The position numbers and the translations under genes were made by a program. The notes below the pieces were generated by a model. That model saw nothing but the letters and a program-made list of their open reading frames with translations. It searched no databases and was not told where the DNA came from. This document shows, piece by piece, positions 8,866 to 18,403 of a stretch of DNA of 32,000 bases. Each line of letters opens with the position of its first letter. Within the stretch, counting starts at the first letter, position 1. Source of the DNA: Crocosphaera subtropica ATCC 51142 (GTDB lineage: Bacteria > Cyanobacteriota > Cyanobacteriia > Cyanobacteriales > Microcystaceae); assembly GCF_000017845.1 (NCBI RefSeq), contig NC_010546.1, forward strand, positions 1,620,001-1,652,000. The letters are read 5' to 3'.

Positions 8866-10593
8866 ATGTTTGGTTTTATTGCTTCTTTTAAGTGTGTTTT
8901 TAATAAAAAGGTTAAATATTTAACCTTAGCAACCCTTGCAGCGAGTTTAGTGGTTTTTCCTGTCTATGCACAATCAAGACTAACAAGACTTGTTTTCATT
9001 TATCCTCCTCTTAATTTATCCTTGGGGATTGATTCATTAGAACTGTTTGCTAATGAAGGGGTGGTTAATAATGAATTAGCCTTTTATATGAATTTAGCAG
9101 GGGTCAATGAAGAGCAAAAAGAAGCCTTCCGACAAGCATTATTGAAAAAAGCCGATCTCGACCCGGTAGAAGTGTCCCGTTTCTTCAACACGCCTATGGG
9201 AGAAGAACTGTTAACCCGTGTGGGTAAGTTATTTTCTATTCAAGGGGGGCGCAATGGAAAATATGCCATGAGAGGGGCGATGGTTCAAGCTGCTTTTGAC
9301 GAAAAAGAAGGATTAACCTTGCTTAATTTTCTCCGTCATCTAGCGGTGAATATGCAGTTTAATCTCTTAGAAGTCTTTGAAGCTGCTAGTCTTCTTGAAC
9401 GTCTGGGAGAGGGAACGAACGCCATTGTTGCCGAAATGAAAACCTTATCTTCTCAACAAGCACAACTTGAGACGGTTCCTGATTTTTCTACATTAGGAGA
9501 TATTCGTCAACCGGGGGGCTATGGTGTTGCACCTTCCCGTCAGATTCGATTATTCGATGAAAGTCGTCAAAGGGAGTTTAATTTGTTGCTGGTGCAACCG
9601 CAACGATGGCGAGAGGGCAAAACCCCTGTTGTTATCTTGTCTCATGGGTTGGCTTCTCGTCCAGAAGATTTTGAACAACGGGCTAAACAGTTGGCTTCCT
9701 ATGGTTTTGTGGTGGCGTTACCTCAACATCCTGGTAGTGATTTTAATCAGTTACAGGCTATGTTACAAGGGTTTTCTAGGGAGGTTTTTAAGGTTAATGA
9801 ATTTATTGATCGTCCCCTGGATGTGAGTTATGTGATTGATGAATTAGAAAGAAGAAATAGCAGAGAATTTGGGGGACGGTTAGACTTAAATAATGTAGGA
9901 GTGATGGGTCATTCTTTTGGAGGATATAATGCTTTAGCGGTTGCCGGTGCTTCTCTAAATTTTGCTACTTTAGAAGCGACTTGTAATCAAGATATTTGGG
10001 GACCTAATCTTTCTTTATTATTACAATGTCGGGCGTTAGAATTACCTCGAAAAGACTATAATTTTCGAGATGAACGAGTCACTTCTGCTTTAGTGATTAA
10101 TCCTGTCACTAGCGCAGTTTTTGGGGCTGAAGGACTCTCTAGCGTAACCATTCCTGTTATGTTAGGCGCAGGTAGTAGTGATCCGGCAACGCCTGCGGCC
10201 ATTGAACAATTAAAAGCGTTTGTTTGGATTAATACAGATGATAAATATTTTGTCTTAGTGGAAGGACAGGCTCATGTTAACTTTTCTCAATTGGATGGTC
10301 AAATGCAAGCGGTATTAGATTCTTTACCAGAATTGAAGCTTCCTAAACAGCAAATTCTTGACACTTATGGCAATGCTTTATTAGTTGCTTTTTCTCAAGT
10401 TCATACCGCTAAGAATGAACAGTATCGTCCTTTTTTAAGTGCTAGTTATGGTAATTATATTAGTCGACAACCTAATCCGATGTATCTTGTAAGAAGTGAG
10501 GCTGAAGTTCCTTTAAGTGAGTTATTTAATAGTAGAAGAACTTCAAGACTTCCAGCCATTTATCCCCGTAATTTTATTCCTAATAATGACTGA
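8866..10593 (+). CDS. Secreted alpha/beta hydrolase with N-terminal DUF1400-like domain
   Basis: 575 aa with a signal-like LTLATLAASLVVFPVYAQS. The N-terminal region (LELFANEGVVNNELAFYMNLAG...) looks like the cyanobacterial DUF1400 module. The core is a serine hydrolase with the nucleophile elbow VMGHSFGG and an upstream VILSHGLASRPEDF. Confidence 0.75.
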   Translation: MFGFIASFKCVFNKKVKYLTLATLAASLVVFPVYAQSRLTRLVFIYPPLNLSLGIDSLELFANEGVVNNELAFYMNLAGVNEEQKEAFRQALLKKADLDPVEVSRFFNTPMGEELLTRVGKLFSIQGGRNGKYAMRGAMVQAAFDEKEGLTLLNFLRHLAVNMQFNLLEVFEAASLLERLGEGTNAIVAEMKTLSSQQAQLETVPDFSTLGDIRQPGGYGVAPSRQIRLFDESRQREFNLLLVQPQRWREGKTPVVILSHGLASRPEDFEQRAKQLASYGFVVALPQHPGSDFNQLQAMLQGFSREVFKVNEFIDRPLDVSYVIDELERRNSREFGGRLDLNNVGVMGHSFGGYNALAVAGASLNFATLEATCNQDIWGPNLSLLLQCRALELPRKDYNFRDERVTSALVINPVTSAVFGAEGLSSVTIPVMLGAGSSDPATPAAIEQLKAFVWINTDDKYFVLVEGQAHVNFSQLDGQMQAVLDSLPELKLPKQQILDTYGNALLVAFSQVHTAKNEQYRPFLSASYGNYISRQPNPMYLVRSEAEVPLSELFNSRRTSRLPAIYPRNFIPNND

Positions 10594-11371
10594 TTTAAAC
10601 CCTTCTGTTTATTTTATTGGTGCTGGACCCGGTGATCCAGATTTATTAACCTTAAAAGCATACAAAATTATTAGTCAAGCTGATGTTATTTTATACGCTG
10701 ATTCTTTGGTTCCTAAGCAAATTTTAAAAGATGTTCGTCAAGATTGTGAGTTAATTCCCACAGGCAATAAAACCCTAGAAGATATTATGAAAATCATGAT
10801 TAATCGGGTTAAAAATCATCAATCTGTGGTACGTCTTCACTCAGGGGATTTAACCCTTTATAGTGCCATTAATGAACAAATTTCGATTCTTATAAAAGAA
10901 AAAATTGACTTTGAATTAATACCAGGGATTAGTGCATTCCAAGCAGCAGCAGCAAAAATAGGGGCGGAATTAACGATTCCTGATTTAGTTCAGACGATTA
11001 TTTTAACCCGTGTTAGTGGCAGTGCCTCTCAAGTTCCTGATGCTGAAAAATTAGAAAGTTTAGCAGCCCATCAAGCGAGTTTATGTTTATATTTAGCTGC
11101 CCGTCATGTGAAAAAGTCTCAAGAAAAATTACTACAGTATTATCCTTCTAACACGCCTGTTGCTATTTGTTTTCGCATTGGTTGGCCGGATGAAACAATA
11201 CACATTGTTCCTTTAGAAAAAATGGCAGAAGTGACAGAAGAGGAAAATTTAATTAGGACAACTTTATATCTTATTAGCCCTGCTTTAAATACTCAGCAAA
11301 ATTATCGTTCTCAACTCTATCATCCTCAACATAGTCATCTATTTAGACCTAATACCAATTCTTTTTATTAA
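10586..11371 (+). CDS. cobM: Precorrin-4 / cobalt-precorrin-4 C11-methyltransferase
   Basis: MTDLNPSVYFIGAGPGDPDLLTLKA... is the canonical tetrapyrrole methylase N-terminus. I place the start at ATG 10586, not at the track's 10517, which lies inside the upstream gene. This ATG overlaps the upstream stop (ATGACTGA). The last 6 codons and the stop lie inside MITE copy A. Confidence 0.9.
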   Translation: MTDLNPSVYFIGAGPGDPDLLTLKAYKIISQADVILYADSLVPKQILKDVRQDCELIPTGNKTLEDIMKIMINRVKNHQSVVRLHSGDLTLYSAINEQISILIKEKIDFELIPGISAFQAAAAKIGAELTIPDLVQTIILTRVSGSASQVPDAEKLESLAAHQASLCLYLAARHVKKSQEKLLQYYPSNTPVAICFRIGWPDETIHIVPLEKMAEVTEEENLIRTTLYLISPALNTQQNYRSQLYHPQHSHLFRPNTNSFY

Positions 11372-11466
11372 CAATAAAAATTATTAGTTGAGGCGAGCAG
11401 AGGAAGCAGGGGAGGTAAAGGAAAAAGAATATTAATTAAGTCTCGAATAACTTTTGAGAATTGGTA
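11353..11466. mobile_element. MITE family 1, copy A (114 bp) with 3-bp TAA target-site duplication
   Basis: The ends are taccaattctt... and ...gagaattggta, an 11-bp TIR with 1 mismatch. TAA flanks it at 11350-11352 and 11467-11469. The purine-rich core is gaggcgagcagaggaagcaggggaggtaaagg. It is alignable end to end with 19866-19997. Confidence 0.8.
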
Positions 11467-11583
11467 TAAAATTAACTATTTTTAGATAGAAGATAAAGGG
11501 GAAGTGGGCAATTAAACAACCTAGAAACCTAACATAGAAACTATTTTAAACATTGCCCACCCTACAGATAGTTTAATTATTAA

Positions 11584-12441
11584 TTATTGATTATCAATTT
11601 TAGCTAAAAGTTCGGTGGCTTTTTCACATAATTCTTCATGACAATGACCATTACTAGCGATCAAACAACCCCATTGACGGACATCTCCTCGATTATAAAT
11701 AATGGGATCGCCATTTTCGTGGGTAAATTTTCCGCCTGCTTCGGTTAAGATCAATTCGGGTGCAGCAAAGTCCCAATCTTTGGCCGCAGATTTACCAGAA
11801 AGAGAGATATAAATATCGGAAGTTTTTTCTAATAAAGTGGCAATTTTCCCCCCAACACTGCCCATATAAATTTTATCTTTTAGGGGTAAAGCTTCAATTA
11901 AAGCCTGAAAGCGATCGTCTCTATGAGTACGACTCACCACTAAGTATAAGTCTTCTAATTTATTGCGTTCTGATACTTTAATGGGGGTAATTTTACCGTC
12001 TTTGGTTTCAACAAAAGTTCCGTGTCCTTTACTCGCATAATAAATTTTTTGGGCTTCAGGAATAGCAACCACAGCCACCATCGGCCGACCTTGATAAGCG
12101 AGGGCAATATGTAAGGCATATTCGCCAGTTTTATCAATAAAATCTCTGGTACCATCAAGAGGATCAATAATCCAAACCCAGTCTTTAGCAATGGGTTCGG
12201 TTCCTTTATGGGTTTCTTCACTCAAATAACCAAAGGTATCTTCCTGAAAAACCGCCTTTAATTTTTCTAAAATGTAACGATTCGCAGCAAGATCAGCAGC
12301 AGTTACAGGCCCATCTTTTTTATCTTCATTAACCTTTAAATCCCCTTCTCCTTGATAATAGGAACTGAGGATATTAGCAGCCCCCCAACCCACAGAACGG
12401 GCAATAACTTCGATTTCTTCTAATTTTTGGGTTTGTGTCAT
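11584..12441 (-). CDS. Inositol monophosphatase-family phosphatase, CysQ/HalA-like 3'(2'),5'-bisphosphate nucleotidase
   Basis: 285 aa. It carries the family motifs YLSEET, WVWIIDPLDGTRDF and KDWDFAAPELILTEAGG. Confidence 0.8.
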   Translation of the reverse strand: MTQTQKLEEIEVIARSVGWGAANILSSYYQGEGDLKVNEDKKDGPVTAADLAANRYILEKLKAVFQEDTFGYLSEETHKGTEPIAKDWVWIIDPLDGTRDFIDKTGEYALHIALAYQGRPMVAVVAIPEAQKIYYASKGHGTFVETKDGKITPIKVSERNKLEDLYLVVSRTHRDDRFQALIEALPLKDKIYMGSVGGKIATLLEKTSDIYISLSGKSAAKDWDFAAPELILTEAGGKFTHENGDPIIYNRGDVRQWGCLIASNGHCHEELCEKATELLAKIDNQ

Positions 12442-12505
12442 CGTTGAATTAATCCCTTGCTGGTTACACTGTTGTTAATTTTAGGTCAGTTGTGGCCGTT
12501 ATTAA

Positions 12506-12539
12506 CAATAAAAATAGGGATAGGTTTTTTCTATCCCTA
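12506..12539 (-). terminator. Rho-independent terminator of sodB
   Basis: A perfect 9-bp stem pairs tagggatag (12515-12523) with ctatcccta (12531-12539) across a 7-nt loop. On the minus strand a run of five U (plus-strand A run 12510-14) follows directly. The stem begins 27 nt downstream of the sodB stop. Confidence 0.7.
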
Positions 12540-12566
12540 AACTGATAAATGAGTTAATAAGTAAAC

Positions 12567-13169
12567 TTAGGAAGCTTTAGCCAGGTTATCGGCAACAAAG
12601 TCCCAATTAATTAAGCTACTAACAAAAGTATCAATATAACCAGGACGGCTATTTTGATAGTCTAAATAATAAGCGTGTTCCCAGACATCCATGGTTAATA
12701 AGGGGGTTTGTCCAGAAGTCATAGGGTTTTCTGCGTTTAGGGTTTTGACAACTTTTAAAGTTCCGTTATCAAGAACTAACCAAGCCCAACCGCTACCAAA
12801 TTGGGTTGCACCTGCGTTTTTAAATTCTTCAACAAATTTGTCAAAGCTACCAAAATCAGCGTTAATTTTATCAGCTAATGGACCAGTTGGTTGGCCACCG
12901 CCACCGGGTTTCATACAATTCCAGTAAAAAGAGTGATTCCACGCTTGGGCAGCGTTATTAAATAAACCCTGTTTAGAAGCATCACCAGCGATCGCTTTAA
13001 TGACTTCTTCGATGGGTTTAGAATCATGGTCTGTGCCTTCTACTGCTGCATTATACTTGCTCACATAGGAAGCATGATGCTTGTCGTGGTGAAATTCTAG
13101 GGTACTCTTACTAATGTGAGGCTCTAATGCAGTATAGTCGTAAGGTAAATTAGGTAGTTCGTATGCCAT
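12567..13169 (-). CDS. sodB: Iron superoxide dismutase
   Basis: 200 aa. It shows MAYELPNLPYDYTALEPHISKSTLEFHHDKHH, AAQAWNHSFYWNCM (the Fe-type Gln position) and DVWEHAYYLDYQNSRPGY. Confidence 0.95.
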   Translation of the reverse strand: MAYELPNLPYDYTALEPHISKSTLEFHHDKHHASYVSKYNAAVEGTDHDSKPIEEVIKAIAGDASKQGLFNNAAQAWNHSFYWNCMKPGGGGQPTGPLADKINADFGSFDKFVEEFKNAGATQFGSGWAWLVLDNGTLKVVKTLNAENPMTSGQTPLLTMDVWEHAYYLDYQNSRPGYIDTFVSSLINWDFVADNLAKAS

Positions 13170-13640
13170 AAGTATTCTATCCTCTATCGATTGCTGCGAT
13201 GGATCTTTTGGATCTTTTATTAAGTTTTCAATACTATGACCTAGACTTACCAGATTAGGAGCAGCCTCAAGTCATTGCAATAAAACTTAACACTTAAATC
13301 TTAACTTAAAAGGTACCCGAATCCAAATTTTAGTTAATCTGCTGATTGGGTTGCTGTAGTTTGAGACAGGTTGGGTTAAATTCACCTTAAGAAGATTAGA
13401 CTGTCTTATTCTTGGTCAGTAAAGACATAATCTCAAATCACCTTCGCCCTCAGATTCTATCATCAATCGAAAACATATTTATCTACATTTTGGAATATTC
13501 TAGAGTTTAGAGTAAAGTTATCTTTTACTATATGTTTGGTCAGGCATAATTCCTAAATTAATAGAAAAAACAGTTTTTTTCCAGAGAACCAAATCGGAAA
13601 ACGTTACCATGAGATCAGTCAGATAATCTCGGTGAAATCT

Positions 13641-14069
13641 ATGAGTATGGCTTCAACTGAACAAGTTAAACAATATCTTGCCCATTGGTTCCAGTTGGGT
13701 AAAAGTGTCATTTGTCCCAAACGACAAGAAAAGATTTGTCCTCAAGTCATTTTTCGAGGACATGATTATTCAGCCGAATTTGAACAATGTTGGCATAAAA
13801 TTCTCAATACTGACGCTGATTGCTATTTAGAAGGCACAGAACAAACCATACAACAATTATTAAGTCCTGCCTGGGAAATTATTGATTGTCCTCGCTGTGA
13901 CTTACCGATACCGATGACAGTTGCGGGGGTAGCGTCTCCGGTGTGTACTTGTTTTGATTTATCCGATTGGCCGAACAATGAATTACCAGCCCCTAGGGTT
14001 CCTGCTAACAGTAGCATACATCTAAATCGTCTTAAACAGCGATTACAAGATAAAGAAGACAATAACTAA
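13641..14069 (+). CDS. Hypothetical Cys-rich protein (8 Cys, including CPRC and CTC pairs)
   Basis: The ORF is open from GTG 13632; I prefer ATG 13641 as the start. MSMASTEQVKQYLAHWFQLGKSVICPKRQEKICPQ...IIDCPRCDLPIP...SPVCTCFDLSDWP. I recognise no family. The coding call rests on ORF length and non-repetitive composition only. Confidence 0.5.
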   Translation: MSMASTEQVKQYLAHWFQLGKSVICPKRQEKICPQVIFRGHDYSAEFEQCWHKILNTDADCYLEGTEQTIQQLLSPAWEIIDCPRCDLPIPMTVAGVASPVCTCFDLSDWPNNELPAPRVPANSSIHLNRLKQRLQDKEDNN

Positions 14070-14461
14070 GCCAACAATTGTTCAGCTGCTTGGGCTAACT
14101 CTGTGGCAACACGGGCAGAATAAGGCTTAATTAACCACCAAATCAAAGGAGACAACCATCCTTTGAGAGTCACAGAATAGGAAATATAAGTGCCACAGAG
14201 GGTTGATTCTACCTGATAAGTAATTTTTTGTTCCATCCCTGGAATGGTTAATACTCTTAAACTCAACAACTCCCCAGGACGAACATTTTCTACAAATAAA
14301 CGAACGGGAATGGGAGTTAAACGGGTAACGGCCTTATAAATTAAACCTGGTTTAGCAATCAGTCCTAGGGGGACATTGGTTTTGGAGAACAGAGGATGCC
14401 AAGAAACATCAGCCACATTAATTAATTTGTACCATAGCACATCCAGTGGGGCTGTACTCAT
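14066..14461 (-). CDS. SRPBCC-superfamily (polyketide cyclase/dehydrase-like, START-fold) protein
   Basis: MSTAPLDVLWYKLINVADVSWHPLF...YQVESTLCGTYISYSVTLKGWLSPLIWWLIKPYSARVATELAQAAEQL fits a roughly 130-aa SRPBCC domain with a C-terminal long helix. I chose internal Met39 of the track ORF (14461) as the start because the upstream 38 codons look non-coding. Confidence 0.6.
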   Translation of the reverse strand: MSTAPLDVLWYKLINVADVSWHPLFSKTNVPLGLIAKPGLIYKAVTRLTPIPVRLFVENVRPGELLSLRVLTIPGMEQKITYQVESTLCGTYISYSVTLKGWLSPLIWWLIKPYSARVATELAQAAEQLLA

Positions 14462-14712
14462 AGCACGATATCGCTTGTAGAGGGAAAAGCGACAAAACAG
14501 TCTCCCTTGAGCAAACATTAATTTTAAAGAGAAATTAAGAATCACATCTGCCCCCCCGTAAAAATGGTCTGGCAAGTTTATTATTGTAGATGATTCATGT
14601 TAGGCTGTGGGCTTTAAAATATTAAGATATATTCTATTCTCAAGGTAACCTATTGAAGCCAACTTTAAATCACACCCTTTTAATAGAGGCAGAGATAAAA
14701 GACAAAATCGGG

Positions 14713-15342
14713 TTAATTGTGCTTAATATGGTCTGTAAATCGTCTTAAGACTCCGTTAATAAAACGATAACCATCATCGTCAGAATAGCGTTTTGCTAGT
14801 TCTACAGCTTCATTGATGGAAACTTTTTCAGGCACATCAAGAAACAAAATTTCTGCTACGGCCAGACGTAAAATATCTTGATCAATTTTAGCCAAACGTT
14901 TTAATTGCCAATCCTTCAATACAGCTTCTAATTGTTCGTCAATCTCTTTTCTGCGTCGGTTAATCGTTCCAATTAATTCAATGGCATATTCTCTGACTTC
15001 ATATTGACTAGCTAATTGAATAATCTCAGGAAATTCGATCGCATTGGCTAAACGATTAATGGCCTCTTGCGTTAGGGTTAAGGCATCTTTAATCATGGTT
15101 TTAGCACTTTCTAGGGTCGTTGCCTTAGTTTCATACTGAAACAGTTGATTATGACCCCTTTTTACCTCCGCTGAAGCCGTTTCTAGGGTATCTTGTACCT
15201 CACTGGTTAAGGCTCTAATAGCGGCTAAAGTGAGATCATTAAGTTCAACTTTGTCCAGTTTTTCTGCTTTTCCTTTAATTTGGCTCAGACTTAATAAAGC
15301 TAATTCACGGGCAATACGACGGGGTTGCTGACGAGGGGCCAT
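14713..15342 (-). CDS. nusB: Transcription antitermination factor NusB
   Basis: 209 aa. The N-terminal [14 protein letters not shown] and the C-terminal [44 protein letters not shown] form the NusB signature. Confidence 0.9.
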   Translation of the reverse strand: MAPRQQPRRIARELALLSLSQIKGKAEKLDKVELNDLTLAAIRALTSEVQDTLETASAEVKRGHNQLFQYETKATTLESAKTMIKDALTLTQEAINRLANAIEFPEIIQLASQYEVREYAIELIGTINRRRKEIDEQLEAVLKDWQLKRLAKIDQDILRLAVAEILFLDVPEKVSINEAVELAKRYSDDDGYRFINGVLRRFTDHIKHN

Positions 15343-15456
15343 AAGCGATTGAATAGGTAAAATAACTAGATTTGAAACGATAATCTGTTCTCTATTGTTT
15401 ACAATATCCTACAACCATTACCTAACACTGCCCCAAAGTGTAACTTTGTTTTCACC

Positions 15457-16221
15457 CTATGAGCTAGAGGTATCTTCTTCGACGACAATCGGATGCTTGT
15501 CAGATTGTTTAACCGTCGGCTCAAGATTAATTTGAGGCTTATTCTTAGATTGAGATAATTTAGGAACGGGGTTGGGAACATTAGGGCTGACAATACCGCC
15601 AGAAATTAATACTTTGAAGGCATCTTCAATAGAAATAGGCAAATTAATCACATCATCAGCAGCAATGATAGCGTACCATCCGGATGTAGGGTTCGGAGTG
15701 GTGGGAATAAAGACACTTAACATGGGTTTATCGAGATGAGTTTGTAAAGAAGGGCTTAACGTGCCTGTCACAAACCCAAGACTCCAGACACCACGACGCG
15801 GATATTCAACCATAACCACCCGTCGAAACTTACTTTTAGAATCTTTGAAGAGGGTTTCTAGTATTTGTTGTAAGGTTTTATAAACAGCCCCGGCTAAGGG
15901 AATCGATTGTAAAATACGTTCCCCCACATCTAATAGCCATCTACCGGCAATATTACGAGCCATTAAACCAATAATTAAAATAAATAGCAGAGGGACGGCT
16001 AAGCCAACAGTCAGATTGAGACAGTAGCTTAAAATTGGGTCAAGGCCATCAAAGGGGTTAAGTTGTTTGGGAATTTGAGTTAAAAGATTAATGACCCAAC
16101 TAGCAATGGTAATGGTTAGCCAGATAGTTGTTGCCAAGGGGATGACCACTAAGAGGCCAGCGATTAAATCATTTTTTAAATCTTGTTTAAAACGTTGCAG
16201 CACAGAGTACCAACTCTCCAC
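15457..16221 (-). CDS. DUF502-family membrane protein
   Basis: 254 aa with an apparent GTG start at 16221. LKNDLIAGLLVVIPLATTIWLT ... IPLAGAVYKTLQQI ... VFIPTTPNPTSGWY matches the DUF502 pattern as I remember it. Confidence 0.75.
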   Translation of the reverse strand: MESWYSVLQRFKQDLKNDLIAGLLVVIPLATTIWLTITIASWVINLLTQIPKQLNPFDGLDPILSYCLNLTVGLAVPLLFILIIGLMARNIAGRWLLDVGERILQSIPLAGAVYKTLQQILETLFKDSKSKFRRVVMVEYPRRGVWSLGFVTGTLSPSLQTHLDKPMLSVFIPTTPNPTSGWYAIIAADDVINLPISIEDAFKVLISGGIVSPNVPNPVPKLSQSKNKPQINLEPTVKQSDKHPIVVEEDTSSS

Positions 16222-16563
16222 TTAATAAAACTAATGATCACAATGATGATGGTTTGCCTATATATGTGATCTGGTAATAATTCTAACAGAAACCTAGTCT
16301 ATTCATAACATAAGGTGAGTTCGGAATTTGGAGTTCAAAGTGAGGGGTCGAGGCTTCTAATACTAAATCCGCTTTTCAAACTAGACTCAAATAAGATATC
16401 TGTTGCCTCTTGCCTATCTTCTTGAGTAGCCGATGATAATCGGAGTTAATATAAGCACTGCTTTAATTATTCGTATAAAATATGTTATTTGGTTCCTAAT
16501 TAGGTCTAAAAAATAATTTTTGTGTTATAATACCTTTTTGCTTTTGTTGAATTCGTAATCCTA

Positions 16564-18306
16564 ATGAAAAAACGATCAAATTGGTGGCGATTATTCCCTT
16601 TTTTGCTAACAGAATGGCCGTCATTAATTAAAGGATTTCTATGTATTTTGGGCTTTGTTTTAGTTACATTAGCGTTACCCTATTTAGCCGGACGAGTTTC
16701 TTTGTACATTGGGCAAGGTAATCTTCAACAAGTAGCTTATTGGTTAGGATTAGGGACTTTAGCATTTTTAGTTCGAGGCATTTTTCAATACGGACAAAAT
16801 ATATTTATGATTGATGCTTCGTTGGAGATGGTGTTAAATGTTCGCAAAAAAGTTTATGCCCATTTACATCAGTTAGGGTTAGATTATTTTGAAACAGCCA
16901 AAACAGGAGATTTAACCTATCGCTTAACGGAAGATATCGATAAAGTTGGAGAAATCGTTGATAAATTGTCCCATCAATTTGTTTCCAATGTCCTACAGTT
17001 AATTGTGATTCCTGCTTATATGTTTTATTTAAACTGGCAGTTAACTATCGCTAGTTTAATTCTCGCCCCTTTGATGGCAACGTTAGTCAGTATGTTTGGA
17101 GAAAGATTATTAATACTTTCTCGTCGTAGTCAAAATCAAATCTCTAACCTGTCCTCCTTGTTAACTGAGATTTTTAGTGGTATTCGTGTGGTTCAAGGAT
17201 TTGCTGCACAGGATTATGAAGTTAAACGATTTGCCCAAGAAGCTAAACATAATCGTCAAGCAAGATATAGAGCAGAAAAATTAAAAGCGACTCAATATCC
17301 GGTGGTAGGATTTTTAGAAGCTGTTAGTATTATGTCTCTATTTTTTATTGGAGGCTGGCAAATTTCTCAAGGTAATTTACAATCACAAGAATTCGTTAGT
17401 TATCTAGCTGCCGTTGCTTTATTGCTTCATCCTATTGATTTAATGACCAGCAATTATAATGAATTTAAACAAGCAGAAGCATCCGTAGATCGCATTTTTG
17501 AATTAATGGATGAAACTCCCACCGTCATCGAAAAAGCAAACAGTTTTATCTTGCCAGAAGTAACAGGAAAAGTAGAATATTGTGACGTTAGTTTTGCTTA
17601 CAAATCAGGTAAACCTGTCCTTAGAAATTTGAGTTTACTTGCACAACCAGGACAAATTATTGCCTTAGTAGGATCATCTGGTGCAGGAAAAACTACTTTA
17701 GTTAATTTACTCCCTCGTTTCTATGATCCTCAAGATGGACAAATTTTAATCGATGGTATTGATATTAGAGATGTTACTTTGAAAAGTTTACGTCGTCAAA
17801 TTGGAATCGTTCCGCAAGAAACAACGTTATTCTCAGGAACCATTGCCCAAAATATTGCCTATGGCCAAGAAGAATTAGATTATCAAGCAATCGAAAAAGC
17901 AGCAAAAATAGCCAATGCACACTCATTTATTACTCAATTTTCTCAAGGGTATCAAACTTGGGTAGGAGAGAGGGGCGTTAACCTATCAGGAGGCCAAAAA
18001 CAAAGAATTGCGATCGCCAGAGCCGTCTTATTAAATCCCCGTATTATGATATTAGATGAAGCGACATCAGCCCTTGATTCTGAGTCAGAAACCTTGGTAC
18101 AAGAAGCATTAGAAAGGGTAATGGAAAATAGAACCGTTTTCGTTATTGCTCACCGTTTAAGTACCGTACGCAGTGCTGACTGTATTTTAGTGTTAGAAAA
18201 AGGTCAAGTGGTGGAGTCAGGAACTCATGATGAGCTATTAGCAAAACAAGGTCGTTATGCTAAATTTTATAAGCAACAATATGCTAAAGGTTCAGAAGCC
18301 TTTTAG
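16564..18306 (+). CDS. ABC exporter, fused transmembrane and ATP-binding domains (MsbA/lipid-A-export-like)
   Basis: 580 aa. Six N-terminal hydrophobic segments are followed by Walker A GSSGAGKTT, the signature LSGGQKQR, Walker B IMILDEATSALD and the H-loop AHRLST. Confidence 0.9.
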   Translation: MKKRSNWWRLFPFLLTEWPSLIKGFLCILGFVLVTLALPYLAGRVSLYIGQGNLQQVAYWLGLGTLAFLVRGIFQYGQNIFMIDASLEMVLNVRKKVYAHLHQLGLDYFETAKTGDLTYRLTEDIDKVGEIVDKLSHQFVSNVLQLIVIPAYMFYLNWQLTIASLILAPLMATLVSMFGERLLILSRRSQNQISNLSSLLTEIFSGIRVVQGFAAQDYEVKRFAQEAKHNRQARYRAEKLKATQYPVVGFLEAVSIMSLFFIGGWQISQGNLQSQEFVSYLAAVALLLHPIDLMTSNYNEFKQAEASVDRIFELMDETPTVIEKANSFILPEVTGKVEYCDVSFAYKSGKPVLRNLSLLAQPGQIIALVGSSGAGKTTLVNLLPRFYDPQDGQILIDGIDIRDVTLKSLRRQIGIVPQETTLFSGTIAQNIAYGQEELDYQAIEKAAKIANAHSFITQFSQGYQTWVGERGVNLSGGQKQRIAIARAVLLNPRIMILDEATSALDSESETLVQEALERVMENRTVFVIAHRLSTVRSADCILVLEKGQVVESGTHDELLAKQGRYAKFYKQQYAKGSEAF

Positions 18307-18403
18307 GTTAAATCGAAAAGACATAAATATTGATATTCCTTGTTATTTTGCTTAGTTTTTTTGTATTGGTTCACGATATCATACCAATGCTCAAAAGTTA
18401 TTA

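Noticed and set aside
10517-10585. N-terminal extensions offered by the ORF track (cobM from 10517; also GH57 from 18574, SRPBCC from 14575, fusion protein from 26091)
   Set aside because: In each case a downstream ATG begins exactly where family-typical sequence begins. The extension either overlaps the previous gene or starts at a non-ATG codon with no supporting signal.
15399-15593. 64-aa minus-strand ORF overlapping the 3' end of the DUF502 gene
   Set aside because: It is out of frame with, and mostly inside, the well-supported DUF502 ORF.
18363-18390. attggt...accaat inverted repeat resembling MITE-1 termini
   Set aside because: Only 6 bp pair, and the flanking bases do not match the 11-bp TIR. 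It is probably coincidental in AT-rich DNA.
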